Source: Bilabrum cf. latius
Lineage: Eukaryota
DNA: 64,000 bases
Direction of reading: 5' to 3'
NCBI GenBank assembly: GCA_965178125.1
Contig: OZ237741.1
Span: 930,001 to 994,000 of the forward strand
Shown here: one piece after another, positions 36,411 through 49,440 of the stretch
Position numbering within the stretch: the first letter of the stretch is position 1
How the letters are laid out: every line of letters begins with the position of its first letter
Program-made: the position numbers and the translations under genes
Notes under the pieces: model-generated
Told to the model about the DNA's origin: nothing
Seen by the model: only the letters and a program-made list of their open reading frames with translations
The model's database searches: none

Positions 36411-36627
36411 GAGCTGCTCATGAATGAAAGTTGCGTAGGAAAGGCCCTATCGTATTGCACTGGCCACCGCCATCGCACCGAGGCTTTGAATCCTGCTGTC
36501 TCTACGAACCTATCCACCGCCGACGAACTTTCGGTCCAGAAACGCCGGACACCGTTCAATTCAGATATTCGCCTTGTTTCACGTGGAGACAGGCCTTCTC
36601 AAGTGAAATTCTCTCGTATCTAATAAA

Positions 36628-37775
36628 ATGATTGAGCAGGTAGCCACAATGGGAGCGTAGCTCGAGCAAGCTTTGAAAGCAGGCAGACCGGCGTACGAGA
36701 AGATGTTCCTGTTGCTGGAGCCGGTATTGGCCCCTTTGCGCAAGGCAGTGAACTTTGGTCAGATTGAGCAGGATGTTTTCCACGTAATGGTACCAGAGTC
36801 ATCGCAAGAATTCATCGATGCGAGGCCTTCGAAGGGTTGGGCCTTCACGAGCTTGGAGCATGCTGCGGTTCCCTTTGCGGTGTACGCCATCATCGTTGTG
36901 GCTGGCCTGATCCGTTTCGGCACGTGCGGTGCTGCCAGAAAGGACCCAGCTGATAAAAGGAGTGCTGTTACCAAGCTGATTCAGAGCCCTCTACGGGTCG
37001 TGATGCTGCTGTACAACATCGTGCAGGTAAGATTCGACTAAGGTAGCAGTTGGCGATGCCACCCTGCACAGCTGCGTAGCGTAGCATTTATTCATGGGGT
37101 GCAACGATATTTGTACCAACTACGCTTCTCTTTCTCGTGTACCTGCCGCAGGTTGCTCTTTGCACTTGGATGGCCGTCTTTGCGTTCGGCATCCACGCCA
37201 ACAACAGCCTGAACATGTTCGGCTGCAACCCTGCGCTCAAGGGCGGCGAGGCCGACGACCTGCAGTTCGTCCTCTGGGTGTTCTACGTTTCCAAGATCCT
37301 GGATTTCCTCGACACTGTCTTCATCGTGGTCAAGGGCGAGATCAACCAGTTTTCTCTGCTGCACATCTACCACCACTTCAGCATCTTCGCGTTCTACTGG
37401 CTCAACGTGAACGTGGGCTACCACACGGACATCTACGTGACCATCATTTTGAACGGGGCCATCCACGCGTTCATGTACGCCTACTACGGACTCAGCCTGG
37501 TCGGTATCCGCCTGCCCGGCATGCTCATCACGGTGGCACAGATGACCCAGTTCGTCGCCATGATGACACAGGGATGCGTGATTGCTTTCACTCCCGGCTG
37601 CAAGTACCCGTCCACCATCGCTAAGGTGTATGTGGTGTACATCCTATCGCTGTTCATCCTATTCGCCGAGTTCTTCGTGCGGAAGTACCTGTGCGGCGGC
37701 AAGGGCAAGGGCAAGGGCAAGACGGAGAGCAAAGGCAAGAAGGGGAAGAAGGGTAGGGACAAGAAGAACCAGTGA
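36628..37775 (+). CDS. Fatty-acid elongase (ELO/GNS1/SUR4); intron 37027-37151
   Basis: FYVSKILDFLDT, LHIYHH, HAFMYAYY, TVAQMTQF and C-terminal KKxx. TAG at codon 11; ends TGA. Confidence 0.93.
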
Positions 37776-38069
37776 TCGAAGAGTGGAGTATACTAGTGCG
37801 CTTCCAGGCGCCATGCTTTGGAGTGCGGTAGTGGGCCGCGGAGGCAGAGGTCCCCCACCCCCAACCCCCTGCTGCTGGGTCGGGCCGCGGGTACGACTCC
37901 TCGGAGGAGGGAGGAGGCAACCCCGCTGGCCGTCTGTTTTGAATGATGCCCATCGCTGGTGCCTGCACTGTGCGGGTATCTGAATGCTGGGGCCCGGCTT
38001 GATTGGCGCAAACTGAGTTGGTTTCCCAAGTCATGTGTTCTCTGTGCCGTGCCCAAGCAAATCACACGG

Positions 38070-39909
38070 TTAAATCGTGCCATGGTCACCACCGGCACAC
38101 CCCACGCCCCAGCGCACGCAGCAGTAATTGGAGTTCGTCCTTTTCCACTGAGCAGCGCCGGTAGCCGCGTAGGCCTCGTAGGTGGGCTGGTTCGCACCAC
38201 CGGAAAAGTTGTACGAAATCGCGGGCGGAGCGGGCAGCAGCCCGAATGACTGGGGCACCTCCTTGGGTGGCTGGAAGAAGTTGTGCGTCACGCTGTACAG
38301 ACTCTGCTGCTAGGCGAGCTCCTGCGCCAGGCAAATGTTGCGTGCTCTTATCGTATTGTTCATCCCTTCCTCGGGCTTGTACTGCCAGCCCTGCTCGCTC
38401 GCAAACAGCCGGACCTGGGGCTGCACCCCGACGCCCGAAGGCAGCACCCCGCCGTATTTCTGAAGGAACCTTTTCTGAGGTTCGCGGACCATCTGGTCGG
38501 CGGTGGCAAAGGTAGCCGCTCCATTCGCAGACAGGTTGTGCCTCGGGTCACCGTTGTCGTAGAGGTGCGTCACCACACCCCACGGAACCGCGCCACCCAT
38601 CGGCTGAGGCAGCGACTCGTTGACCGCCAGCTGCCTCCAGATCGCGTCTAGGACGTCCACGCCCCCCTGTTCCTGCACCCTCCCTTTCGACATGCTCTTG
38701 GGGGCCTGCATGAAGTGGTCCAGGCTGACCCACAGGGTGGCCCCTCGCGTGTGTTCCCTGGCTGCCGCATGGGCCTCCCGGAGCAGCCTGGCATTTACGG
38801 CCCCCAGCACGTCCATTTGTTCCCTGGTGTAGGGCTGGTCCACGTAGCGGTTGGGCAGCACGGGGCTTGGGTCTCCCCACCCCTGCGACTGGATCTCGTT
38901 CCAGATCACCAGGCCGCTGAGACGGCCCCGCGGGAGCAGCTTCTCGTCACTGCCCTCGCGCCTCGTCTGGCAGTTGCGACCAGGGTCCGCGCAGCTGGAC
39001 TCGGAGCGAACCTCAGCGAACGTTCCGTACCGCTCCGTGACGAGCACCACGAAGTCGTGCCAGTCGTCCATGTGCTCCCAGGGGTAGCAGCCCAGCTTCA
39101 GGGAGCCCCCCTTCCATGGGAACCCGGTGCAGTTGGGGTGGATGGCCCAGAGAGGGGTGCCGTACAGGATGAAGGAACTGGCCGCGCCGATGGAGGCGTC
39201 CAGCTGCGTGGCCACGTCGAGCTGCTCCAGCTGCCCCGTGCTGTAGCAATGGTAGTTCCGGTATCCCCGGCTGATCCGATCCGACTCGTTGGACGGGATG
39301 CGGATCTGCCCCGCTGGACATGGGGGCAGCCGCACGCTTGCGGTGGCATCCGATTGCCTCAGATGATCGCGATCATCTGCCGACTGCACTGCAGTTGGTG
39401 GTGGTGGGGTGCTCTTGGCCGGCTCAAACCCGATCCAGAACACGTTGTACCGGCGCATTCCCGGGCGTAGCTGGCTGCCAGCCACCGCGTACCGCTCCTC
39501 CAGAGCTTCGAATCCGTTGTTTCGCAGTGTGCTCATTGTCATCTGATCGTCGTCGTGTCCCTGGATCCCGATCAGTTCTGGGAGGCCGCGATCCAGAGGG
39601 TCGCTCCACCTCGGACTGTTGGACACCGTGGTTCGCATCTGGCGCACCGTCTGGCACGATGTCTGGCCTGGACGAGTTCGCCAGCACTGTCCCGCAAATA
39701 AAGGTGGAATTAATCACAATTTGAACGGTGCTTGGGCCCTGAACCCCGGGCTGGTACGCCCAGCCCCTGATTCGGAAGGGAGGCTGAGCTGGACCAGACA
39801 AGTTCGAGGGATTCAAAGCGCTCAGAATACCATCAAAGCACCCTGCGCTCGGTGGATACTCTCTAGCAGTAGTAATCAGAGCAAGAACTGCGAGCGGATA
39901 CAGTCGCAT
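38070..39909 (-). CDS. Secreted clan GH-A glycoside hydrolase-like protein with an apparent frameshift near 39625
   Basis: Signal-like N-terminus; IRGWA...RPDI...NHG module; VIWNE and ASEQGW catalytic-type motifs; C-terminal YCC..WG.GC then TAA. TAG CAG CAG at 38310. Confidence 0.7.
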
Positions 39910-40163
39910 CTTGAATGCATCAAGCCAGATGCGGCCCTCCAGGTTAACATGAAGGTTCGTGCTGAGTTCATGTTCGCCCCTCCTTCCTTGCACCCTCACA
40001 AGGAGTATCAGTACGCCTGCAATAGAGTTGTTCGTCTGTGATTTTGGTCTTATCCATTGAAAAAAACACACGGAAGAGGGTCCGTCAAGTTGTCTTGACA
40101 CACCTCTCACTGCCAGTGCTCCCAACTGCAACTCAAGTGGAAGAAGCCAACTGCGTGCAAGAC

Positions 40164-42761
40164 ATGCTTCGCAGCTGCGTTCATCACTCGTCGAGGGCTC
40201 ACTTCAGCGATGTTATTAATGGCATATTGCTAGGCACGCTACGCCGCTTGAATGGTCCGAGCTAGTTTGGGACACAACGCCGGTGGGCTAGTTCACCAAC
40301 CAGAAAGCTTCGAGCCAGGCTTGAGAGACTCCTAGTCTCGCAGCACGGGATTGACCTGAAAACTGCGAAAGAAGTAGCCAAAGAGTAGGCCAAAGGGTGG
40401 CGCCGCGTAGCAGGCAGTTCTGTGGAATCCGGCGAGCTCCCAACCATTGGAGAGCTCGATGCACTTGCAGCCTCCCTCGCTGGTGTATCTGGCGAAGGCC
40501 CACGCACGATTAGTTCCCCTCTGACAGTAGAACAACTAAATGAAATTGGAGCGCGCTCCAAGCACAGGCTGCGGCACCTTACGGTGGCACTTGTTGGCCG
40601 CCCGAACGCCGGGAAATCCACACTCTTCAACCGCCTCAGCGGCAAGCGCACCGCGATTGTGAACAGCACCCCGGGAACGACGCGGGACTGGCGGGAGGAA
40701 GAAGGGGCGCTGGGTGACATGACTTTCACTCTCCTAGACACGGCTGGACTGGAAGACAGCGCCGAGCGAGCACCTGCTTCGGGGCGAGCACCGGCCAGCG
40801 CCGGAACCATAGGCCTTGCCGAGGCGCGGGCCAGGCAGCGTGACCCCGCCCTCGCCTTTGAAGACCGCATGCTGGCGCACACAGAAAGGGCGGTTCGTGC
40901 CGCTGACCTGGCCGTGTTCCTGATCGATGGGCGGAGGGGTGTCACGGAGGGCGACCGGGAGTTCGCCGCGTGGCTGAGGAAGGTTCGCGGAGGTTCGCCG
41001 TGCATCCTGTGCGCGAACAAGACGGAGGGGTACTTTGATCAAGGAGAGCCCGACGGGCGCTGGCTGCAGCTTGAGGCGGAAGCGGTCCGTCTCGGGCTGG
41101 GGCACCCCGTACCCGTGTCGGCGGAGCACGGGGAGAGCCTGGTGGAGCTTCACGACGCCATGCTACCCTTCGCGCAGGAGGGGACAGGATCTGCCAGTAG
41201 CGATGCTGATGATGGTGAGGAGGCCGCTGGTCACCACGGTGCGCTGTCTCCCATGCAGATGGCTGCTCGAGTCGAGGCAGAGGAGGAGGGCAAGCGGCTG
41301 GTGGCAGAGCGAGTGGCTGCCGTTCGGAGGAGGGCCGGGCTGTCGGACACCGTGGGTCCGTCGGATAGCAAGGTGCGGGGACTGACGAGCGTGGGCCCGT
41401 CACGGGGAGATGCTGCCGACCTGCAGGCGGTGGAGTAGGCTGCCGAGAATGGAAGTGAACCGGAGTCTCCGTATGCGGGTTGGCTGGACGGCGGGTCGGG
41501 CGCGGCCGGCGGCAGTGCAGGCGGCGAGGTTGAAGGTGGTACTAAGGTGGAAGCGCACGGTGGCCGCCGTGCTAGTGAGTAGTAGGCGTGGGACGTCGAT
41601 TACTTCGATGATGCATCTCTCGACCAAGCGCTAAAGGCAGCCGAGAGCGTGAACGAGGGCACGGCTGCTGCGAGTGATGCCGCAGACGAGGAACAGCGGC
41701 CTCTACACGTGTGCATCGTGGGCAGGCCCAACGTGGGCAAAAGCACTCTAACCAACACCCTCCTCGGCACGGAGCGAGTGCTGGCTGGGCCCACCCCAGG
41801 ACTCACGCGAGACGCGACGGAGGTGGAGTGGACGTACGAGGGTCGCACCGTCAGGCTGGTGGACACTGCCGGGATGCGCAGGTGGGGCGTGTGGGACATG
41901 ACCACGCCTCTGGAGGCTCTGAGCGTGTCTCAAGCCAAGCGAGCGCTCGGCAGGTCAAATGTCGTGCTCTTAGTCGTGGATGCGCAAATGGGTGTCACCA
42001 AGCAGGATGCGTCCATCGCGCAGCAGGTCGTGGACGAGGGTCGCGGGCTTGTGGTGGTGATCAACAAGATCGATGCGGTGCCCAACCTGCAGCACAACCT
42101 GGTCGTCATCCGGCAGCAGCTGGACAATTTGCTCCAGGACTGCAAGGGGACCATGTGCGTCGGAATCAGTGCAGAGGCTGGCTTCAACGTGGGCGGCATC
42201 ATGCCGGCGGTGATGAAGACCTACGATGCCTGGAACTCTAGGGTACCCACGGGCCGACTCAACCAGTGGTTCAAGGCAACCAGTGCGGTGCGGCCACCTC
42301 CTGCCTCGCCAAAGACGGTCGTTAGGCGAGGAAGTGGCAGGGACCGAGGACAGGCCACCAAGGGAAGCCCCCTGAAGATCAAGTTCCTGTGCCAGATCTC
42401 ATCGCGCCCGCCCACCTTTGCCATGTTTGCCAACAGGCCGGACGTGCCCGACCACTACGTCAGGTTTCTCACCAACCAGCTGAGGCAAGATTTTGGTCTG
42501 TGGGGCGTGCCAGTGAGACTGCTGTGTCGGGCTCCTAGTAATCCGTACAACAAGAGGGCGAGCGGCGGCGTGGCGGACGCAGGCATGGCCAAGCGGCGCA
42601 AGGCGAGGTCAGGCGTGTCGTCGGCAGCCGTGCGAGAGCGTTTGAGGAAGAGCGACAAGTGGGCGGTGCGGGAGAGAATCCGGTCCCATGAGCGCAGGGA
42701 GCAGCGCACGAAGCTCAGGCAAAGGTAGAGACAGGAGGAGGATTACGCCGGAAGGCAGTGA
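40164..42761 (+). CDS. der: Organellar ribosome-biogenesis GTPase Der/EngA
   Basis: Two tandem G domains (GRPNAGKS/DTAG/NKTE and GRPNVGKS/DTAG/NKID) plus a KH-like C-terminus, joined in frame only through TAG (41436, 41580, 41583). Ends TGA 42759. Confidence 0.93.
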
Positions 42762-43046
42762 AGAGCCTACGTATACAATGGGTAGATCTGAGGTGCAGTC
42801 GACACAATTGGACAAATGGGGTGTGTCACAACATGATGCTTCGCAAATGCACGTCACGGTGCTTCAATGCCTTTTTCCGTGCTTGGCCGCACGTTCCCGG
42901 CTGCGACCGTCCACGGAACCCACCGAGACGTCCCTGCGCTCCCAGTCTGACATCAACACCGAAACTCGTACCGCCTTGGGGTTAGGATATGTCCGATCCC
43001 TTTCAGAGGTGGGCATGTCAGGCCATGCGCGGCCAGCGCTGGCCGC

Positions 43047-44972
43047 TCATGCCAGCAGCTCCACCACGTGCCGCGCCGACTCGCGAGTGTGCTCGTCGGC
43101 CGCATCGCAGCTCACCACACGGGCCAGATGATCCCCACCCTTCGCCCCGGCCACGGCTGCCTTTCCGGCCTCGCTGTCGCACAGGTACTCCAGGCTGCGG
43201 ATGCACGTGTGCCGCAGGGACGCGATGGCCGGTCGGAAGGCTCCGCTGATGGAGCCGTCCGTGGCTTTGGCGTCCTCCTGGCCGCAGCTGGCTGCCACAA
43301 GAGCATCCACACCACCTGGGATGGACAGCACGGCTTCCCGCGCCTCGTCCGATCCGTCCAGGCACTGCTTCAGTGCGATGGCTGCCAGCGTGCGCCGCAC
43401 CACGTCCACACGCTTGCGCATGAAGCACGCGGCCAGGTCAGCCACAGCGGCCTTCTTCTGCGCGCTCTCCACAACCGATGACCCGTCCAGAGAGCCGCCC
43501 CCGACGTGATACCCAGTGCCATCATCGTCCTCGTCATCCTCATCGTCCTCATCCTCGTCGTCCTCAGCATCCTCATCCATGCGGCGCAGCACGGCTTCTG
43601 CCGCGCTCAGCGCCTCCTCCATGGTCATGTCGCGCGCCCCGGGGGCGGCCTTGTCCATCGATGCAGGCGCCTCACCCACGGCCTGCCCGGAGGACATGGC
43701 CAGCAGCATGGCCAGGAGGCCCGGCTGTTTGGCAATGGCGGCTTTGGCTCTGCCCGAGGCATCATCGCTGGCCAGTCGCGCGAGAGATCCGAGAGCCTCT
43801 TCCGAAGCGTCGGCCCACTCGCCCTGCATCATGTCCATGAGTATCTTGAGGCTCGTTGCCAGGCTGCTGCCGTCATCATCGGAAACTGAGGCTTGCTCGC
43901 TGTCCGGTCTCTCGCTGTCGCCTGCAGAGCAGGCTGCGGAGGAGCCAGATGCTGTGGCCGCGTCAGCTGCATGGATCATTGATGTGACGTTTCCATCGTC
44001 TGTCTCTGGCAAAGCCGGGCCCCTGCCCAGCACCTGCTGCGCCGTCCTGCACTGCCCATGCAGCTCCATGCCTGCTTCGTTCAGGCCAAGCATCGTCAGC
44101 CGGTACACGTTTTCGAGCAAGAAGGCGTTGCCCTGCTGCCTGTCGAACTCCACGGCGAAGTGAGGATCTCCCTCCACATCATCCGACGGCAAGCCGAAGA
44201 AGCGAACCTTGAACTGCACCCACTGCCCGAGATCGTCGTACAGGTAGCAAGCGATCCTTCCTGCGTCCTTCTTCACCGACATGCGCGTCTTGGCGGCTCT
44301 CAGCAGTGCCACCACGTGATTGAATACTGTGTCATAGTTTGCACCAGTCACCTCCTGGTGGCTGTACTTCAGGAAATACGGATACGGGGGCATGGGTGGC
44401 GCCCCTGCCGGAGTTGCCGCGGTGGAGGGAACGGCTGCCGAGTATGCCTTGTCACCTGGCTGGAAGCCTCGCTTGATGGCTGCGATGTGCAGAAAGTGGG
44501 GGGGAGAAACGTCTGACGAGCATGCGGCTGCAAATTGCGCTTTCTTTGACCACAGGTCTATTTGGGGTCCTATTGACACCTTGCAGCACCGGGTAGTAAT
44601 GCCGAGATCGAACACATCAAAGCAGCTTCGCGGAGCGGACTATGTCTGCAACGATATGATCACTGGTCCAATAAATATGATTTCTGTCTCACTTGCTCCA
44701 GTCTGGTCAACGATCCGAGGGCTGTCGCCGCTATCGCCATCCAGTCCACCAGCACTCCTGGACACCTCTGTCGCAGCCTTCATCACGTGGCGGTGGTCGT
44801 CCATACCCAAAGCCACATCATCAGAATCCATGGCGCGGTCAACGTCTGCATCTGTTGCGACGTCCCTGTCGCTGCTGTCGTGCACCGTGCCAGCCTCAAC
44901 CTCTGGCAGCCCTCCGAACGCTGCCAAGGCCGCTGCGTGCTTCTTTCTCATCATTGACTCGCTGCTCGACAT
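43047..44972 (-). CDS. KA1-like plus ARM-repeat protein, tandem copy 1; intron 44480-44692
   Basis: GTGAG...GCAG intron in frame; FAVEFDRQQGNAF followed by ARM-like helices; ends TGA. Confidence 0.75.
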
Positions 44973-45477
44973 TGTTTGATCTTTGAATAGTTATCTGCTG
45001 ATATACTGAGTTTCGGATCGTGGGCGCAAAAGCAAGTACTCAGGTGTGAGCGCAAGAACGTTGTCGAATTTCTTCACCTTTCTGTTTCGCCACTTCCGGT
45101 TTTCCTTTAAGCACCGAAAGCCCGTTCCCGGATATGTCTCTTTGGGGAACACGAAGCTCCCTATGGACACGAACCCGGGCAATCATGATTTAATAGAACC
45201 TGCACGCACGCTTCGGCTTGATATGGCAGCACAATAACTTAGGGGTGCACCCTCGCAGTGACCTGCTCATCAACACCACACTCCGCGCTGTGCTACCTCT
45301 TGGCGGCTAAAAATGTCTAAAGAAAACAACTACAATTTGAACTTGAGTTTCGCTAATCAAGCAACTATTCTCGCACTGCTACCCCATTGCACGCTAAACG
45401 CCCTTGCATACTCCCTGCAAACTCCCAAGGGGACTCGCACCAGCCGACCACATTTGACTGTTTCCAGCGCTGGCCGC

Positions 45478-47498
45478 TCATGCCAGCAGCTCCACCACGT
45501 GCCGCGCCGACTCGCGAGTGTGCTCATCGGCCGCATCGCAGCTCACCACACGGGCCAGATGATCCCCACCCTTCGCCCCGGCCACGGCTGCCTTTCCGGC
45601 CTCGCTGTCACACAGGTACTCCAGGCTGCGGATGCACGTGTGCCGCAGGGACGCGATGGCCGGTCGGAAGGCTCCGCTGATGGAGCCTTCCGTGGCCTTG
45701 GCGTCCTCCTGGCCGCAGCTGGCTGCCACAAGAGCATCCACACCACCTGGGATGGACAGCACGGCTTCCCGCGCCTCGTCCGATCCGTCCAGGCACTGCT
45801 TCAGCGCGATGGCTGCCAGCGTGCGCCGCACCACGTCCACACGCTTGCGCATGAAGCACGCGGCCAGGTCAGCCACAGCGGCCTTCTTCTGCGCGCTCTC
45901 CACGACCGATGACCCGTCCAGAGAGCCGCCCCCGACCTGATACCCAGTGCCATCGTCGTCCTCGTCATCCTCATCGTCCTCATCCTCGTCGTCCTCAGCA
46001 TCCTCATCCATGCGGCGCAGCACGGCTTCTGCCGCGCTCAGCGCCTCCTCCATGGACATGTCGCGCGCCCCGGGAGCCGCCTGGTCCATCGATGCAGGCG
46101 CCTCGCCCACGGCCTGCCCGGAGGACATGGCCAGCAGCATGGCCAGGAGGCCCGGCTGTTTGGCAATGGCGGCTTTGGCTCTGCCCGAGGCATCATCGCT
46201 GGCCAGTCGCGCGAGAGATCCGAGAGCCTCTTCCGAAGCGTCGGCCCACTCGCCCTGCATCATGTCCATGAGTGGACCGAGGGCGTCGGCCGGATCGGCT
46301 GACGTGGCCTCTGCGGCAGATCCTGTGCTGATTCCTCGTGCCATAGATAGGGGTGCAACGGCATCTTCTGTCTCTGGCAAAGCCGGGCCCCTGCCCAGCA
46401 CCTGCTGCGCCGTCCTGCACTGCCCATGCAGCTCCATGCCTGCTTCGTTCAGGCCAAGCATCGTCAGCCGGTACACGTTCTCAAGCAAGAAGGCGTTGCC
46501 CTGCTGCCTGTCGAACTCCACGGCGAAGTGAGGATCTCCCTCCACATCATCCGACGGCAAGCCGAAGAAGCGAACCTTGAACTGCACCCACTGCCCGAGA
46601 TCGTCGTACAAGTGGCACGTGATCTTGCCCGAGTCCTTCTTCACCGACATGCGCGTCTTGGCAGCTCTCAGCAGCGCCACCACGTGATTGAATACTGTGT
46701 CATAGTTTGCACCAGTCACCTCCTGGTGGCTGTACTTCAGGAAATACGGATACGGGGGCATGGGCGGCGCCCCTGCTGGAGTTGCCGCGGTGGAGGGAAC
46801 GGCTGCCGAGTATGCCTTGTCACCTGGCTGGAAGCCTCGCTTGATGGCTGCGATGTTTCGGCATGAATCGAATACAGGATTTGTGATTGGGGAAGGTATG
46901 CAGTACTGCCATGTTGCACCGGATCGCGGGGAAACCGGAGACAGTCGGTGAACATGCTACCCTGGAGAACCCGCCGATAGCATGGGTATCATGTCCAATT
47001 CGCAAACTGTACCGTAGCCTACAGCATACAACAACACAAAATCGCGGGCTTGGATGCAAAGACCTCAAAAATGGGTGAACAACTGGCACGCATCTGGGTC
47101 CGTTGCGTACAGCCAAGCAACACCGTAGGACAACCCTCAAGCACGCCAGTACGACCTACTCGGATCAAAAGAGACAATAATATATGCACATGGATAGTGA
47201 CTTGGGCCTTACCTGATCCAGGAGCATCGATCCGACGAATCTCCTCGTCCACGGCAGCACTTCCACCAGCGCTTCGCACAACATCCTCGCCCTGCTTCAT
47301 GGCAACGCCTCGCCGAACCTCTTCAATGACCATATCGTCTGCTGAAGCACCTTTGTAGACATCACTGTCGGTGCCATCATCTCTGTCACTGACGTGCTCG
47401 CCAGCGTGGTCTTCCTGCTCGTCAAACGGAATCCCTCCGAAAGCTGCCAATGCAGCGGCGTTCTGGTCCTCGGTGGAGAATTCAGCTGATGCAGCCAT
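45478..47498 (-). CDS. KA1-like plus ARM-repeat protein, tandem copy 2; intron 46848-47212
   Basis: Exon 2 is nearly identical to copy 1; same intron position and phase; ends TGA. Confidence 0.75.
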
Positions 47499-47975
47499 AG
47501 TTTGCAATCAAAATATTGTATGTGTGCAACCGAAAGGTGCCCTGCTTGGAACAATCTGCCTGTGATGAGCCTTCGAACGCTGTCCTGTGTTTGTGGCCGT
47601 CAGTATCTGTTCAGTTGAACAGAGCGTGGCCACCCTAATGTGATTTCAAGTAAGTAGTAAAATAAATTCTAACGATTAGCTTGAAACACTTAGCAGGACA
47701 TCCTAGGTGCAAGAGTATTGTCTTTCCCACCTCAGACGGCTTCCGCTGTTTCCCGGAATCATCAGAGTTTCACTTTTGGCACTTTCGCGAGCGACAAAAA
47801 GAAAAAGAGATAAACAAATGGGTTCCCGAACGTTCTTTGAGGGATCCAACTGCAACTGCATATCGTTCCTCTTACTGCAAAACGCATGGAAGAAATTGCA
47901 GTGATACTCACGCTTTTATGTTGTATATGCATACCACTATGCATTGGATTAACCTCATTTAGCAAGAATGACCAA

Positions 47976-49070
47976 ATGGACGGTCACACGGCGAGTCTCA
48001 CCAGAATTGCTGAGATTGGTGACGGAAGGATCTTGTGCCGGGTGTAGAGGGCAAGTACCGGCATGATACAGCAGGTTTCGGAAGTAACGACTGCTGCATT
48101 TATGAACAGCCCCTCCTACCTGTTCGTCTTCAGTGCTATTCCTGGGAAGGCCGCAAGGCGGGATGCCCTGCGGTTCCTTTTTCGCCAAACCCTTAGATTG
48201 CATCTCTACATTGATCCGGGCTGCTTATACGTTGTATTAGACGCATCCAAAAGCTCTAGTAATGCACGTGACAAGGATGCAGGCGGCAGTGCGGATGCGA
48301 TCGTGTGCAGCTTCGAACTTCGTCGCTCAGAGCGCAAGGTCAGCCTCTGGAACATGGTGCAGTTCGGGCTAGCGAAGGTACCCTTCCTATACGGATGGAG
48401 CACCCTCACTTCACTCCTCACGGCAGCGGGAGCCTTAGATGAGCAGCTCGCGTTGGCCCAGAAGCACCTGCTCCGAATCGGTCCAGGAGCAGCAGGGCAG
48501 CAGCAAGGCAACAGTCGGCCGGCTTCTGAATCGGGACGAAAACGAGGCTCTGCCCGCATGTTGCAGCTGGAACGCATGGTAGTATCACCTTCGGTGTAGG
48601 GCAAGGGCATCGGCAGCAAGGCGCTGGGTACAGCCCTCCGCGCGATCGAGCTATCCATGGCAGTAGGCGGAAACGCGACTGAACGACTCGGCACGGTTGG
48701 AAGCGAGAGCGAGGGCGAGGGCGAGGGCGAGGTGGCACCTGCCAGTGAGCTCATACGTGAAATCAAAATCCGTCCATCGGCGTTGCAGTCCCTCCGTGGC
48801 ACGTACGGCACTCGAGCAGGGGTCACCCTTACCACGCAGGAGGAGCGCAACGAGGCCTTCTACAAGAGGCAGGGGTTCAGGACGGTGTGGGCTGGGGAGG
48901 CGTACAAGGTGCAGCACTGGGTCATGGCGAGAGCGATGGTACCTGGGAGCCGTCAGGCTGATAGCACTGCACTGCGGCGCGATGACAAGCAGGGTCCGGA
49001 GTCTCCACGCCCTGAGGATGGCTCAATTGGCGGAAAGGTTGCATCGAAGAGGCGGGGCTCCAGGGCATGA
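47976..49070 (+). CDS. GNAT-family N-acetyltransferase
   Basis: QLERMVVSPSV*GKGIGSKAL (motif A) and LTTQEERNEAFYKRQGF (motif B); ends TGA. Confidence 0.88.
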
Positions 49071-49440
49071 CTGAATTGCTCAGTTGGTGTGATCAGCCGC
49101 CATGTGTCATGAGTGTCGTCTCGTCTTCTGTTACTCCTCAGGCTGGCTCGCCCAAACTGGCCTGCTGGTCGCCTGTCGAATCGACGCGGGACGATCGACG
49201 AATCATTGGATCCCGGGACCCTGACCGGACCGCATGCACTCACTGCTGAACAAAATGCAGTATAGACGGTCTTTCATGTGTTTGTGCTTCAAGTTGGTCG
49301 GTCATGGAGGCCAATAGCGGCTTGTGGCCAGCAAGGCCTGCAGCAGCGGCAGTTGCACTGCACTGTACGATGAACCAGCAGACCAGAGTTCCAGTCTAAT
49401 CAGCTCAAAGCAACGCAGACACCGTAGTATGAACTGAATT

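Noticed and set aside
37039-37041. In-frame TAA ending the first elongase ORF
   Set aside because: It lies inside intron 37027-37151, so it says nothing about UAA meaning.
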